The position numbers were made by a program, and so were the translations under genes. Shown one piece after another: positions 10,401-19,919 of a stretch of 56,445 bases of DNA; the stretch's first letter is position 1, and each line of letters begins with the position of its first letter. Origin of the DNA: Pseudomonadota bacterium (GTDB lineage: Bacteria; Pseudomonadota; Alphaproteobacteria; MPNO01; UBA830); NCBI GenBank assembly GCA_036336685.1, contig JAYZFO010000030.1, forward strand, positions 1 through 56,445, given 5' to 3'. The notes under the pieces were generated by a model. It did no database searches. It was not told where the DNA came from and was given only the letters and a program-made list of their open reading frames with translations.

Positions 10401-11521
10401 TGACCCAAATACCCTCTCCACAAGAGAACGATAAATTTTATGGACATACAACGGCCGAACAAAATTTTCTGAATGCGTATAATGCTACCCGTGTCCATCA
10501 TGCGTGGTTAATTAGTGGTCCGAAAGGCATTGGAAAGGCCACCCTCGCATACCGAATTGCTCGTTTTCTCCTCGCTGATGATGTAGCACCATTAGAGGAG
10601 GAACCTCCTGCATTATTTGATTTGGAAGCACCGGAAAAAATTAATCAGCCCACTCTTAGCATGAGCAGTGAGCATCCCATCTTCCATCGTGTAGCAGTAA
10701 ATGGGCATCTCGATCTTTCAATAGTTAATCTGAGGCTTTCGGATGATGAAAAAAGAATGCCAACTGTGATTAGCGTAGATCAAATTAGAGAAATTGGCGG
10801 TTCTTTATCACTTACTCCTGCCGAAGGAGGTTGGCGCGTTGTCATCATAGATGGAGCTGAAAACCTTAATACAAATGCTGCAAATGCGTTGTTAAAAATT
10901 CTAGAAGAACCTCCTCAGAAGGTTATATTCCTGCTTGTCTGTCACATCCCGAGTCGATTAATTCCCACAATAAGATCTCGTTGCAGTCATATAAAATTAC
11001 TGCCTCTTCCAGCTGAAATTATAGACATTTTGCTTCAATCATATGTCCCCGAACTCAATAATGACGATCGAAAGATGCTAATTAGACTTTCTGATGGAAG
11101 TATTGGACGCGCACTCGAATTATCCAAAAATGAAGGATTGTCGATTCAAAGTGAGCTAATTACTATCTTCGATAGCTTCCCAGAAATTGACATAGAAGCC
11201 ACACATAAATTTGCGGACCTTATCGCACGCCGAGAAAATGAAAAACACTGGCAAACAACAAAGGAACTGATAACACGTAACATTGCCGACTTAATTAAGT
11301 CGACCTTCAGTAAATCTGCCCTGCTTAGTCTTCGCTATGGAGAAGTAGAACTAGCATCTCTTACACGCCTACAAAAACTCGGGAGCCCCAAGCAATGGAC
11401 GAAAGTTTGGGAAGACTCATTTGAACTCTTTAGCATTGCTGATAACCTTAATTTAGATCGGAAAGAGGTAGTACTAAGTATATTTGGAGCCATGGCAAAT
11501 ATAGCCGAAACCCGTGTATAA
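10400..11521 (+). CDS. holB: DNA polymerase III subunit delta'
   Basis: HHAWL..GPKGIGKATLA, NAANALLKILEEPP, PTIRSRC. Follows tmk. Confidence 0.93.
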   Translation: MTQIPSPQENDKFYGHTTAEQNFLNAYNATRVHHAWLISGPKGIGKATLAYRIARFLLADDVAPLEEEPPALFDLEAPEKINQPTLSMSSEHPIFHRVAVNGHLDLSIVNLRLSDDEKRMPTVISVDQIREIGGSLSLTPAEGGWRVVIIDGAENLNTNAANALLKILEEPPQKVIFLLVCHIPSRLIPTIRSRCSHIKLLPLPAEIIDILLQSYVPELNNDDRKMLIRLSDGSIGRALELSKNEGLSIQSELITIFDSFPEIDIEATHKFADLIARRENEKHWQTTKELITRNIADLIKSTFSKSALLSLRYGEVELASLTRLQKLGSPKQWTKVWEDSFELFSIADNLNLDRKEVVLSIFGAMANIAETRV

Positions 11522-11566
11522 GACTGTATTTTTTCAACTTAGACCAAAGGTTTTCAGAGAGCCGCA

Positions 11567-13126
11567 ATGACTGGTCCAAAGACCTATTACCTCACAACAC
11601 CAATATATTATGTAAATGACCTTCCACATATAGGGCACGCATACACAACTCTTGCTTGTGATGTTTTGGCGCGATTTAAGCGTTTAGATGGGTACCAGGT
11701 ATTTTTTCTCACTGGCACTGATGAACATGGACAAAAAGTAGAAAAATCTGCAGAAGCGGCAGGCCTAGACCCCCAAAGTTTTACTGACCAAGTGTCTGAA
11801 AACTTTCGCGAGTTATCCGAATTCATGAACTTCAGTAACGATTCATTTATTAGAACAACCGAAAAACGGCATTCAGTTGCGAGTCAGGAAATATGGTCAG
11901 CGTTGAAAAAAAACGGACATATTTACTTGGGCACATACAACGGATGGTATGCTGTGCGAGATGAGGCTTTTTATTCCAACGACGAACTTTCTGACGGACC
12001 GGGTGATAAGAAAATAGCTCCATCCGGCGCGGAATGCGAATGGGTGGAGGAGCCAAGTTATTTTTTTGATCTTTCTAAGTGGCAGAAACCACTACTAAAA
12101 TTTTACGAGGATAATCCCGAATTTATCGCACCTGTATCTCGGCGTAATGAAGTTATCAGTTTCGTCGAAGGCGGGATGCACGACCTTTCAATATCAAGGA
12201 CTAGCTTCAAGTGGGGCGTGGATGTCCCCGGTGATAAAGATCACATCATGTATGTATGGCTTGACGCGCTCACCAACTACATTACCGCAGTTAATTATCC
12301 GGATCCATCTGCGGAAATGTATACTAAATATTGGCCGGCTGATTTGCATATGGTCGGAAAAGATATTCTGAGATTTCACGCAGTGTACTGGCCCGCCTTC
12401 CTTATGGGCGCAGGACTACAACCGCCAAAGCGAATATTTGCTCACGGGTGGTGGACAAACGAAGGGCAAAAGATCTCAAAATCCCTTGGGAATATTATTG
12501 ACCCACGTGAAATCGTCGACACTTACGGGCTCGACCAAGTCAGATACTTTTTGCTAAGAGAGGTGCCTTTCGGCAATGATGGCGATTTTTCGCACCGCTC
12601 TATGGTCAATCGCATTAATAGTGAATTATCCAACGACCTTGGCAATTTGGCACAGCGTGTATTATCCATGGTGGGACGCTATTGCAATAGCTGCTTACCG
12701 GCACCCGATAATTTTACTGAACAGGATACGGAAATATTGTCAAAGGCGTCGAACACCATGGAGGTACTCAGAACACATATAGATAATCAGGCATTTAATG
12801 AGGCATTAGAATCTATCTGGACACTAGTACGTAGCGCAAATGTCTATGTGGATCAGCAAGCACCTTGGAAACTTCATAAGGAAGATCCGGCGAGGCGCGA
12901 TACCGCATTATACGTCCTTGCGGAAACGATCCGACACCTCGGCCTTTATATACAGCCTTTTATGCCAGATTCTGGATCGAAGTTACTTGACCTCTTGTCA
13001 ATACCACAGGAATCGCGTGATTTTACCCAAATAGGAAACAAACACGCACTAACATCGGGAAATGAATTTCCAAAACCGGTTCCAATTTTTCCACGTTTTT
13101 CTACAGATGAATATCCAGCGGATTAG
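11567..13126 (+). CDS. metG: Methionine--tRNA ligase
   Basis: YYVNDLPHIGHAY (HIGH), GTDEHGQK, YVWLDAL, KISKS. Confidence 0.97.
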   Translation: MTGPKTYYLTTPIYYVNDLPHIGHAYTTLACDVLARFKRLDGYQVFFLTGTDEHGQKVEKSAEAAGLDPQSFTDQVSENFRELSEFMNFSNDSFIRTTEKRHSVASQEIWSALKKNGHIYLGTYNGWYAVRDEAFYSNDELSDGPGDKKIAPSGAECEWVEEPSYFFDLSKWQKPLLKFYEDNPEFIAPVSRRNEVISFVEGGMHDLSISRTSFKWGVDVPGDKDHIMYVWLDALTNYITAVNYPDPSAEMYTKYWPADLHMVGKDILRFHAVYWPAFLMGAGLQPPKRIFAHGWWTNEGQKISKSLGNIIDPREIVDTYGLDQVRYFLLREVPFGNDGDFSHRSMVNRINSELSNDLGNLAQRVLSMVGRYCNSCLPAPDNFTEQDTEILSKASNTMEVLRTHIDNQAFNEALESIWTLVRSANVYVDQQAPWKLHKEDPARRDTALYVLAETIRHLGLYIQPFMPDSGSKLLDLLSIPQESRDFTQIGNKHALTSGNEFPKPVPIFPRFSTDEYPAD

Positions 13127-13283
13127 CAGGCCTTGTCTTGCCATATTAGTAATCAGCAATCTGTGTGTTACAATCGTGGCCGAACAAAGCTCCGAGTAGC
13201 CAAATTTCACTGTACCGATCTCTATTTAATGCTTTTTGGTTGGCAACCGCTATATATTCTATATTAAAGTAATTAATCGATTA

Positions 13284-13291
13284 GGGCAGGG
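13284..13291 (+). other. KOPS motif GGGCAGGG pointing toward dif
   Basis: Exact GGGNAGGG match on the + strand, left of dif. Confidence 0.55.
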
Positions 13292-13461
13292 GTGTTTTTA
13301 CTCGCTTGCAGCTATTATTATCCTGTCCATAACCGACTTCAGCGCTTTCCTGGTTTAAGTGGTTTAGAAAAACTTTCGTTGGAAATTTAAAATTATAGTC
13401 AACACGTGAACTCGACGACGCAGTGTGCTAAACACTGACCAACAGCGGAAAGTAATTGATT

Positions 13462-14250
13462 GTGCTTGTTGATAGCCATTGCCACCTCGATTTTGACACT
13501 TTTGACATTGACCGAACTGAAACAATTCAACGTGCTAAAAAAGCTGGAATTGAAACAATTGTCACTATCTGCACCCGCGTCTCCCGATTTCAAGACATTT
13601 TGGATTTAGCCTACACCGACGAAAAAATATGGTGTTCTGTCGGAATTCACCCTCACCAAGTAGAGGAAGAACCGCAGATAACAGTTGAAGATCTCATTAA
13701 CCGCTCAACAGACCCAAAAGTGATAGGAATTGGTGAAACGGGTCTCGATTTCTATTACCAAAACAGCTCCCGTGAATCTCAACACAGCAGTTTTCGCAAA
13801 CATATAGCTGCATCTCGAGAGACACAGTTACCACTAATAGTCCACGCTCGGGACGCGGATGAGGATATGGCTAATATCCTCGAAGAGGAGATGCAGAAAG
13901 GCACATTTCCTGGCGTTTTACACTGCTTTTCTTCCGGAGCCGGCCTTGCACAACGTGCTCTCAACATTGGTTTTTATATATCTCTGTCCGGTATTGTTAC
14001 ATTTAAAAACGCAAATTCACTGCGTGATATTGTACGTAATGTTCCAATAGATCGTATACTTGTTGAAACAGACGCACCGTTTCTTGCCCCAATCCCCAAT
14101 CGCGGGAAAAGAAATGAACCCTCCTTTATAACCCATACGGCGGCGAAGATTGCAGAACTTAAAGATCTAACTTTTGATGAAATATCAATAAGTTCGACCA
14201 ATAACTTCTTTCGACTCTTTAATAAAGCTAAACACCCGAAATCGGAATGA
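13462..14250 (+). CDS. tatD: TatD family hydrolase (YcfH-like)
   Basis: DSHCHL, GIHPH, IGETGLD, LHCFS, ETDAPFLAP. GTG 13462 or TTG 13456 start. Confidence 0.93.
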   Translation: MLVDSHCHLDFDTFDIDRTETIQRAKKAGIETIVTICTRVSRFQDILDLAYTDEKIWCSVGIHPHQVEEEPQITVEDLINRSTDPKVIGIGETGLDFYYQNSSRESQHSSFRKHIAASRETQLPLIVHARDADEDMANILEEEMQKGTFPGVLHCFSSGAGLAQRALNIGFYISLSGIVTFKNANSLRDIVRNVPIDRILVETDAPFLAPIPNRGKRNEPSFITHTAAKIAELKDLTFDEISISSTNNFFRLFNKAKHPKSE

Positions 14251-15023
14251 AAATTACGCTTCTTGGGTGCGGTTCATCGCAGGGTGTACCGGTAATTGGT
14301 AACCGCTGGGGTACTTGTGACCCAAACAACATAAAAAATCGCCGTAGTCGGCCATCAATCCTGATCCAAGACACAACAATAAACATTCTGATAGACATGT
14401 CCCCAGATGTTAGAACCCAACTCTTGGATAACAACATCGACTCGATTGATAAGGTCTTATTTACACACCAACATTACGACCATATAGGCGGAATCGGGGA
14501 ACTACGAACTCTAAGTTTTCTGCAGAATAGACGGATCGACTTGTATGGAACGCGACCAGTTTTAGATATACTCCGGAAAAATTGGGGTTATCTTTTCAAT
14601 GCAACTAGCACGGACGAGTATGGGCTATACAAACCTGCGGCCGAACCACATGAATTCACGCACGGCGCAAGTTTCACGGTTGGTGATCTAAATGTCATAC
14701 CATTCTCCCAAGACCACGGTATATGCGAAACCACGGGCTTTCGGATTGGTGATTTTGCTTATTCTACCGATGTTGTTCACCTCAGTGACGAATCTCTGTC
14801 AATTTTAGCAGGTGTTAAAGTCTGGATAGTCGATTGTCTACGCAACGAACCTCATCCAACACACGCTCATTTTGACCGCACGATTAAATGGATTGAATAT
14901 ATAAAACCAGACCATGCGATCCTAACGCATATGAACTTCGAAAGCGATTATGAAACTATCCGGTCAAAATGTCCGAAAGGTGTCGAACCTGGGTATGATG
15001 GTATGATTTTAAACCTTATTTGA
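14247..15023 (+). CDS. MBL-fold metallo-hydrolase (PhnP-like)
   Basis: LGCGSSQGVP, THQHYDH, AYSTD, HPTHAH, LTHM. ATGA overlap with tatD. Confidence 0.9.
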   Translation: MKITLLGCGSSQGVPVIGNRWGTCDPNNIKNRRSRPSILIQDTTINILIDMSPDVRTQLLDNNIDSIDKVLFTHQHYDHIGGIGELRTLSFLQNRRIDLYGTRPVLDILRKNWGYLFNATSTDEYGLYKPAAEPHEFTHGASFTVGDLNVIPFSQDHGICETTGFRIGDFAYSTDVVHLSDESLSILAGVKVWIVDCLRNEPHPTHAHFDRTIKWIEYIKPDHAILTHMNFESDYETIRSKCPKGVEPGYDGMILNLI

Positions 15024-15102
15024 GGCCTTAATTTTATACTATATACCCACAAAAATCAGGATTAAGGTAACGAAATTCATTATCGGCTTTAAAACAGGAA
15101 AA

Positions 15103-15130
15103 ATTATCCATAATATATATTATGCGACTT
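15103..15130 (-). other. dif: dif site (XerCD chromosome dimer resolution site)
   Basis: The minus strand reads AAGTCGCATAA-TATATA-TTATGGATAAT (11-6-11), compared with E. coli dif GGTGCGCATAA-TGTATA-TTATGTTAAAT. It is intergenic, and KOPS motifs converge on it. Confidence 0.85.
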
Positions 15131-15348
15131 TTATTAAACAAACCCCAGAAACGGAAGTCCCCCGCCCGCATGAATATACTTAATCTTCCAATCTAACACT
15201 CGGACATTAGTTTTGATAAAAACCACTCAGTCACCCTAAGTTCTGAAGCAATTGTGATTATGGTTTTTCTAATTAAGCTTTACCAACGGTCCGACTAGCA
15301 TGAAAAAATTAGGGCAATACCAGTGACAGGCGCCCTATTTTACTTTTA

Positions 15349-15356
15349 CCCTGCCC
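15349..15356 (-). other. KOPS motif GGGCAGGG pointing toward dif
   Basis: CCCTGCCC on the + strand, which is GGGCAGGG on the - strand, about 220 bp right of dif. Confidence 0.55.
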
Positions 15357-15359
15357 TCG

Positions 15360-16211
15360 TTAATTTTGCATGGTCGTAATGCGTCTTAATATTCGCCTTT
15401 TATCCAGGCTATAGCGCATGCCACGATGGAGCGTGCAGCGATTATCCCACATTACTAAATCATCTTTTCGCCATGAGTGAGAAAAACAAAACTGCCCTTG
15501 AGTAGAATGTTCAATGAGTTCCGCGACTAATAATCGGGCTTCAGGGGAACTCATCCCCGTTATTCCTCTAATGTGAATGGGGACAAACAAAATTTGTCGT
15601 TGGGAGGTCGGATGAATTCTTACTAACGGCCAATTTGATGGGGGCGACGCCGCTATTTCGGAAGGTGTGTACTCTAAACCAAGCAACATTCGAGAATGTA
15701 ACGCATGATGCTGGCCCACAAGTCCTTTAGTAATCCCCTTTAATCCCTCCGAAAGGTCATCATATGCAGCTCTAAGGTCCGCGAATTGGGTATCACCTCC
15801 CTCTTCAGGCACTTCGCGCGCCGACAACAAAGAATATTTGGCAACAGTATGCATAAAAGAACTGTCAGAATGCCAAAGTTGGTTTGCCATCTGCGAACCT
15901 AGGCGCCTTCCGTCCCGGTCAAGAAAACCATCATCATCACCAACGTTACTAATAGGCACAATTGATTTATTTGCGGGACCACCTTTGCCCCTGACTTTAG
16001 ATAGATGTGAAATTTCTACCTTACCAAAATTTTCTGCTAATTTGAGCTGTTGGTCGTCATTAAGAGGCGAATTGCGCCATATCAATACGGCGTATTCGTC
16101 GATCGCCTCTTCAATCTCAATTTTGGCTTTTTCCCCAATATTCTTTGAAATGTCTATGCCTGAGGCAAAGGCGCCAAAGTTTTCATTAATGGAGGTTAAT
16201 TCAATTGCCAT
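15360..16211 (-). CDS. TauD/TfdA family Fe(II)/2-oxoglutarate dioxygenase (TfdA-like)
   Basis: ANQLWHSDSSF (HxD), GGDTQFADLRAAYD, WDNRCTLHRG. Confidence 0.9.
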   Translation of the reverse strand: MAIELTSINENFGAFASGIDISKNIGEKAKIEIEEAIDEYAVLIWRNSPLNDDQQLKLAENFGKVEISHLSKVRGKGGPANKSIVPISNVGDDDGFLDRDGRRLGSQMANQLWHSDSSFMHTVAKYSLLSAREVPEEGGDTQFADLRAAYDDLSEGLKGITKGLVGQHHALHSRMLLGLEYTPSEIAASPPSNWPLVRIHPTSQRQILFVPIHIRGITGMSSPEARLLVAELIEHSTQGQFCFSHSWRKDDLVMWDNRCTLHRGMRYSLDKRRILRRITTMQN

Positions 16212-16387
16212 GGATTCAGTTTTCTATAAAGGGCGGAAAGACAAATAACACTTAAAAGGCAGATTCATACCACACCGGGGCCATACAAATAAAATGAAAT
16301 ACTCTATTATTCTGACGTCGATAACATTCAAGTGTCAAAATATCGAGCTAAGCATAAGCAAAGTCACATAGTGGAGATAGTTAACTG

Positions 16388-17503
16388 ATGGAAGCACCAA
16401 AGATATTTATATTTGCACCAGCCGATGAAGAAGGTAAAAATCATAAAAAATTGGAAAAATTCGGATGTGAATTAGTCCTTGGGAGTGCTGATTGGCATGA
16501 CCCGCAAGGTAATAATACAGCCGAAATGGTTTTGTTAGCCAAAGGAGCTGATGCCCTTTTAGGCACCTCAATCCGGTCCAGCCCAATCACCCGAGAGATT
16601 TTGGAAGCCAGTCCCAACCTTAGAATCGTTGCGAAATGCACAGTCGGAACAGATGACATCGATGTTGAGGCTGCAACGGACCTAGGAATATTGGTCACAC
16701 ATGGACCCACCGAATCTAATTGCTACGGTGTAGCGGAAGGAACTGTCGCCATGATCCTTAATAGACTAAAAAGGGTTGCTGAGAGAGATCAAGCCGTAAA
16801 GGCCGGAAAGTGGCGCGATCTCGGTCTTATGGGGACATATCTCGGAAAAAGAACAACTGATGGGTATCCCGGAATCACACTCGGAATAATTGGCCTCGGC
16901 AGGATTGGTGCTCGCGTTGCACAACTATTCCAACCCTGGGATTTTCGAATTATTGCCTTCGACCCATACATCGAAAACGAAAGATTTACAGCAAAGGGGG
17001 CGGAAAAGGTGGACCTAGATTACCTACTTGAGCACTCGGATGTTGTATCACTTCATTGCACACACAATAGTGAAACAGATCAAATGATGAACATGAATTT
17101 GTTCCAAAAAATGAAACGTTCTGCAATTTTTATTAACACCTCTCGTGGGGGCAATGTAAACGAGGAAGATTTAGCGAAAGCGCTCGAAAATGATTTAATT
17201 GCAGGTGCGGCAATAGACGCCTTCGCGGATGAACCTCTTCCTTCCACTTCTCCTCTGCGCCATCTAAAACATAAAATCTCATTGTCAGCACACATGGTTT
17301 CCTCAAACAAAGAGAGTGGACTTGGGCCAGGATACATTTGGGCAACTGACGCCATTCTAAAGGCCTTAAATGGCGAAGTACCTAATAATGTCTTCAATCC
17401 AGAGGTTATCGAACAGTGGCGAGGGCGATTTGAAGGGCAAAGAGCAATTCTTGTCAATGAGAAGGTTCCCGATCACCCTGGGTTTGGACCTCCAAACCCA
17501 TAA
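16388..17503 (+). CDS. D-isomer-specific 2-hydroxyacid dehydrogenase (SerA/glyoxylate reductase-like)
   Basis: VGTDDID, GIIGLGRIG, NTSRG, DAFADEP, SAH catalytic His. No ACT domain. Confidence 0.87.
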   Translation: MEAPKIFIFAPADEEGKNHKKLEKFGCELVLGSADWHDPQGNNTAEMVLLAKGADALLGTSIRSSPITREILEASPNLRIVAKCTVGTDDIDVEAATDLGILVTHGPTESNCYGVAEGTVAMILNRLKRVAERDQAVKAGKWRDLGLMGTYLGKRTTDGYPGITLGIIGLGRIGARVAQLFQPWDFRIIAFDPYIENERFTAKGAEKVDLDYLLEHSDVVSLHCTHNSETDQMMNMNLFQKMKRSAIFINTSRGGNVNEEDLAKALENDLIAGAAIDAFADEPLPSTSPLRHLKHKISLSAHMVSSNKESGLGPGYIWATDAILKALNGEVPNNVFNPEVIEQWRGRFEGQRAILVNEKVPDHPGFGPPNP

Positions 17504-17538
17504 TTTTTTACAAACAGAATATAAAAATGAGCAAGTAA

Positions 17539-18336
17539 ATGAATACTTCCCAATCCGCCATTAGCGAGCTTTTGGAAATTATGACACAACTACGGGACCC
17601 TAATACGGGCTGCCCCTGGGACAAAGAGCAAACATTTTCGACTATATCCCCGTATACAATAGAGGAAGCCTACGAAGTCGCAGATGCAATTTCTAATGGA
17701 GACATGGAGCAGCTCGAAGACGAATTAGGGGACCTTCTGTTTCAAGTCGTATTTTACGCACAGATTTCGCGCGAAGATGGTGGCTTCGACTTTGATGATA
17801 TTGCAAACCGAGTATCTAAAAAAATGCGTCAGCGTCATCCCCACGTATTTAAGACTCAAAAACATGAGAAGTTTAGTTCTTGGGAAAGTGAGAAAAGTAA
17901 AGAACGTAAAGCTAGGGCACAAAAATTAGGGGTCCAACCTAGCATCATAGACGGTGTTGCGACTGCCCTCCCCGCTTTAATGCGTGCTCAGAAACTTCAG
18001 AAACGTGTGGCAGGGGAAGGTTTTGATTGGCCAAACCTTGAACCCGTCATTGCGAAAGTGAAGGAAGAATTAAACGAAGTACACGAAGAAATAACCTCTG
18101 GTAGTCCAGAGGCTCAAATTCGGGAAGAAATCGGCGACCTAATTTTCGCCTGTGTTAATTTAGCCCGTCATCTTGGAATTGATGCTGAGGTAGCAGCTCA
18201 AGAAGCCAACAAAAAATTTGAAAGGCGTTTTCGGGCCGTAGAAACCAATCTTGTTAAGGACGGAAAATCCCTCCGCGGTGCAAAGCTGAAAGAATTGGAA
18301 AATTATTGGAACGCTGTTAAACAATCTGAAAAATAA
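17539..18336 (+). CDS. mazG: Nucleoside triphosphate pyrophosphohydrolase MazG
   Basis: LRDP..GCPWDKEQT, EEAYEV.DAI, ELGDLLFQV, RHPHVF, and a second domain EEIGDL. Confidence 0.95.
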   Translation: MNTSQSAISELLEIMTQLRDPNTGCPWDKEQTFSTISPYTIEEAYEVADAISNGDMEQLEDELGDLLFQVVFYAQISREDGGFDFDDIANRVSKKMRQRHPHVFKTQKHEKFSSWESEKSKERKARAQKLGVQPSIIDGVATALPALMRAQKLQKRVAGEGFDWPNLEPVIAKVKEELNEVHEEITSGSPEAQIREEIGDLIFACVNLARHLGIDAEVAAQEANKKFERRFRAVETNLVKDGKSLRGAKLKELENYWNAVKQSEK

Positions 18337-18339
18337 TAT

Positions 18340-18960
18340 TTAACCGAAGGGTGTCCAAGCCTTTTGCACCGCTGGACGTTTTTCTATCATGTCATGCCAC
18401 CGTTTTATGTTGGGAAATTCCTCTAACCCAATATCATTAACTCCATGAAGATGAATGTCCGGGTAACAGGCGATATCCGCAATAGAGTATTCACCAGCAA
18501 CATATTCATTGTCTTCTAGATGTTTATCATACATATCCAACATGTCGCGTAAAACGCTTTCATAATGTTCTTTAGCGCGCGGCACGTCTTCACCTAGCCG
18601 AATAAAAAATAGGCCATATTGCTGAGCAAGCGTCGTAAACGTTGCCGAACCATAAAATAACCATTGATCAACATTTACGCGCTTTATAGGATCAACTGGA
18701 TAAAGACCGTTACCAGCTTTCTCACCTAAATAACGCAATATGGCTCCCGACTCACAGAGTGTAACCGTAGCCCCCGCGGGCCCATCACGATCAATCATCG
18801 CCGGGATTTTGTGGCCAGGGCTAATTTTTAAAAACTCCGGTTTAAATTGTTCCTTTTCTCGAATGTTGACAGGCTTTAATTGATACTCCAACCCACTTTC
18901 TTCAGCCATCTGCCGCGCTTTATAACCGTTGTCTGTCATCCACGTATAAAGTTCAAACAT
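18340..18960 (-). CDS. Glutathione S-transferase (YfcG/Nu-class-like)
   Basis: EQFKPEFLKISPGHKIPA, ESGAIL.YL, YSIADIA. Confidence 0.88.
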   Translation of the reverse strand: MFELYTWMTDNGYKARQMAEESGLEYQLKPVNIREKEQFKPEFLKISPGHKIPAMIDRDGPAGATVTLCESGAILRYLGEKAGNGLYPVDPIKRVNVDQWLFYGSATFTTLAQQYGLFFIRLGEDVPRAKEHYESVLRDMLDMYDKHLEDNEYVAGEYSIADIACYPDIHLHGVNDIGLEEFPNIKRWHDMIEKRPAVQKAWTPFG

Positions 18961-18985
18961 TTTTGCCGCCTCTTTCTATCCTACG

Positions 18986-19864
18986 TTAATCGTTCTGAAG
19001 GTTGATGATAAGACTAGAGGTATCATACCTTTTCCCGCCCTTAGCTTGAACATCACCATAAAACTCATCCACGATCTTTGTTATAGGTAATCCTGCCCCA
19101 TTTCGGGACGCTTCATCAAGGCAAATGCCTAAATCTTTTCGCATCCAATCTACAGCGAAGCCGAATTCAAACTGGCCATCAACCATGGTATTAGCCCGGT
19201 TATCCATCTGCCAGGATTGAGCCGCCCCACCCGACATAACTTCCGCTGCTTTCTTAGGGTCAATCCCTGCTCGAATAGCGAAATTCATCCCCTCCGACAA
19301 ACCTTGAACAAGCCCCGCAATACAAATTTGATTTACCATTTTTGTCAGCTGGCCTGCGCCAACAGGCCCCATGCGGACCACCGTTTTACCGTAGCAATTA
19401 ATTATTTTCTCTGCGGCATTAAACGTGCTTTCATCACCACCCGACATTACTGTGAGAGCTCCGTTTTCTGCGCCCGCTTGCCCGCCAGAGACTGGAGCAT
19501 CCAAAAAACCTAAACCCTTTTCCTTTGCAATTTCTCCCAGTTCCCGTGCAACCATGGCAGAAGTGGTGGTGTGATCAACCAGCACCGCACCCTCTTTCAT
19601 TCCTGAAAATACGCCTTTTTCCCCCAACACAACGTCACGAAGATCGTCGTCATTACCAACACAAGTCATTACAAAATTGGCACCGGCTGTGGCCTCTGCC
19701 GGAGATTCATGAGCCGTACCATTGTGCTCTTTCACCCAATTTTGAGCCTTGTCCGATGTCCGATTGTATACTCTTGTAATGTAACCAGAAGACGCCAAGT
19801 GCCCCGCCATTGGATAGCCCATCACACCTAGCCCCACAAAAGCAACGGTATTCTTATCGGCCAT
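18986..19864 (-). CDS. NAD(P)-dependent beta-hydroxyacid dehydrogenase (3-hydroxyisobutyrate dehydrogenase/tartronate semialdehyde reductase family)
   Basis: GLGVMGYPMA, DAPVSGG, GQLTKMVNQ, KDL. Confidence 0.9.
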   Translation of the reverse strand: MADKNTVAFVGLGVMGYPMAGHLASSGYITRVYNRTSDKAQNWVKEHNGTAHESPAEATAGANFVMTCVGNDDDLRDVVLGEKGVFSGMKEGAVLVDHTTTSAMVARELGEIAKEKGLGFLDAPVSGGQAGAENGALTVMSGGDESTFNAAEKIINCYGKTVVRMGPVGAGQLTKMVNQICIAGLVQGLSEGMNFAIRAGIDPKKAAEVMSGGAAQSWQMDNRANTMVDGQFEFGFAVDWMRKDLGICLDEASRNGAGLPITKIVDEFYGDVQAKGGKRYDTSSLIINLQND

Positions 19865-19919
19865 ATGATTTTCCCATGAATAAAATTAACTGTTTCGTAA
19901 TTATATAGTTCTGTATGCG

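Noticed and set aside
13400-13450. Possible SAM-II/SAM-V riboswitch suggested by GCTAAA near metG
   Set aside because: Only a 6-bp hairpin is present, I could not build the pseudoknot, and it lies downstream of metG and upstream of tatD.
15311-15340. Inverted repeat TAGGGC...GCCCTA after the dioxygenase gene as a terminator
   Set aside because: A 6-bp stem with a 16-nt loop is too weak to call.
13462-18336. TatD, MBL hydrolase and MazG as an anti-phage system
   Set aside because: These are the housekeeping orthologs in their conserved tmk-holB-metG-tatD-MBL context, with a canonical two-domain MazG.
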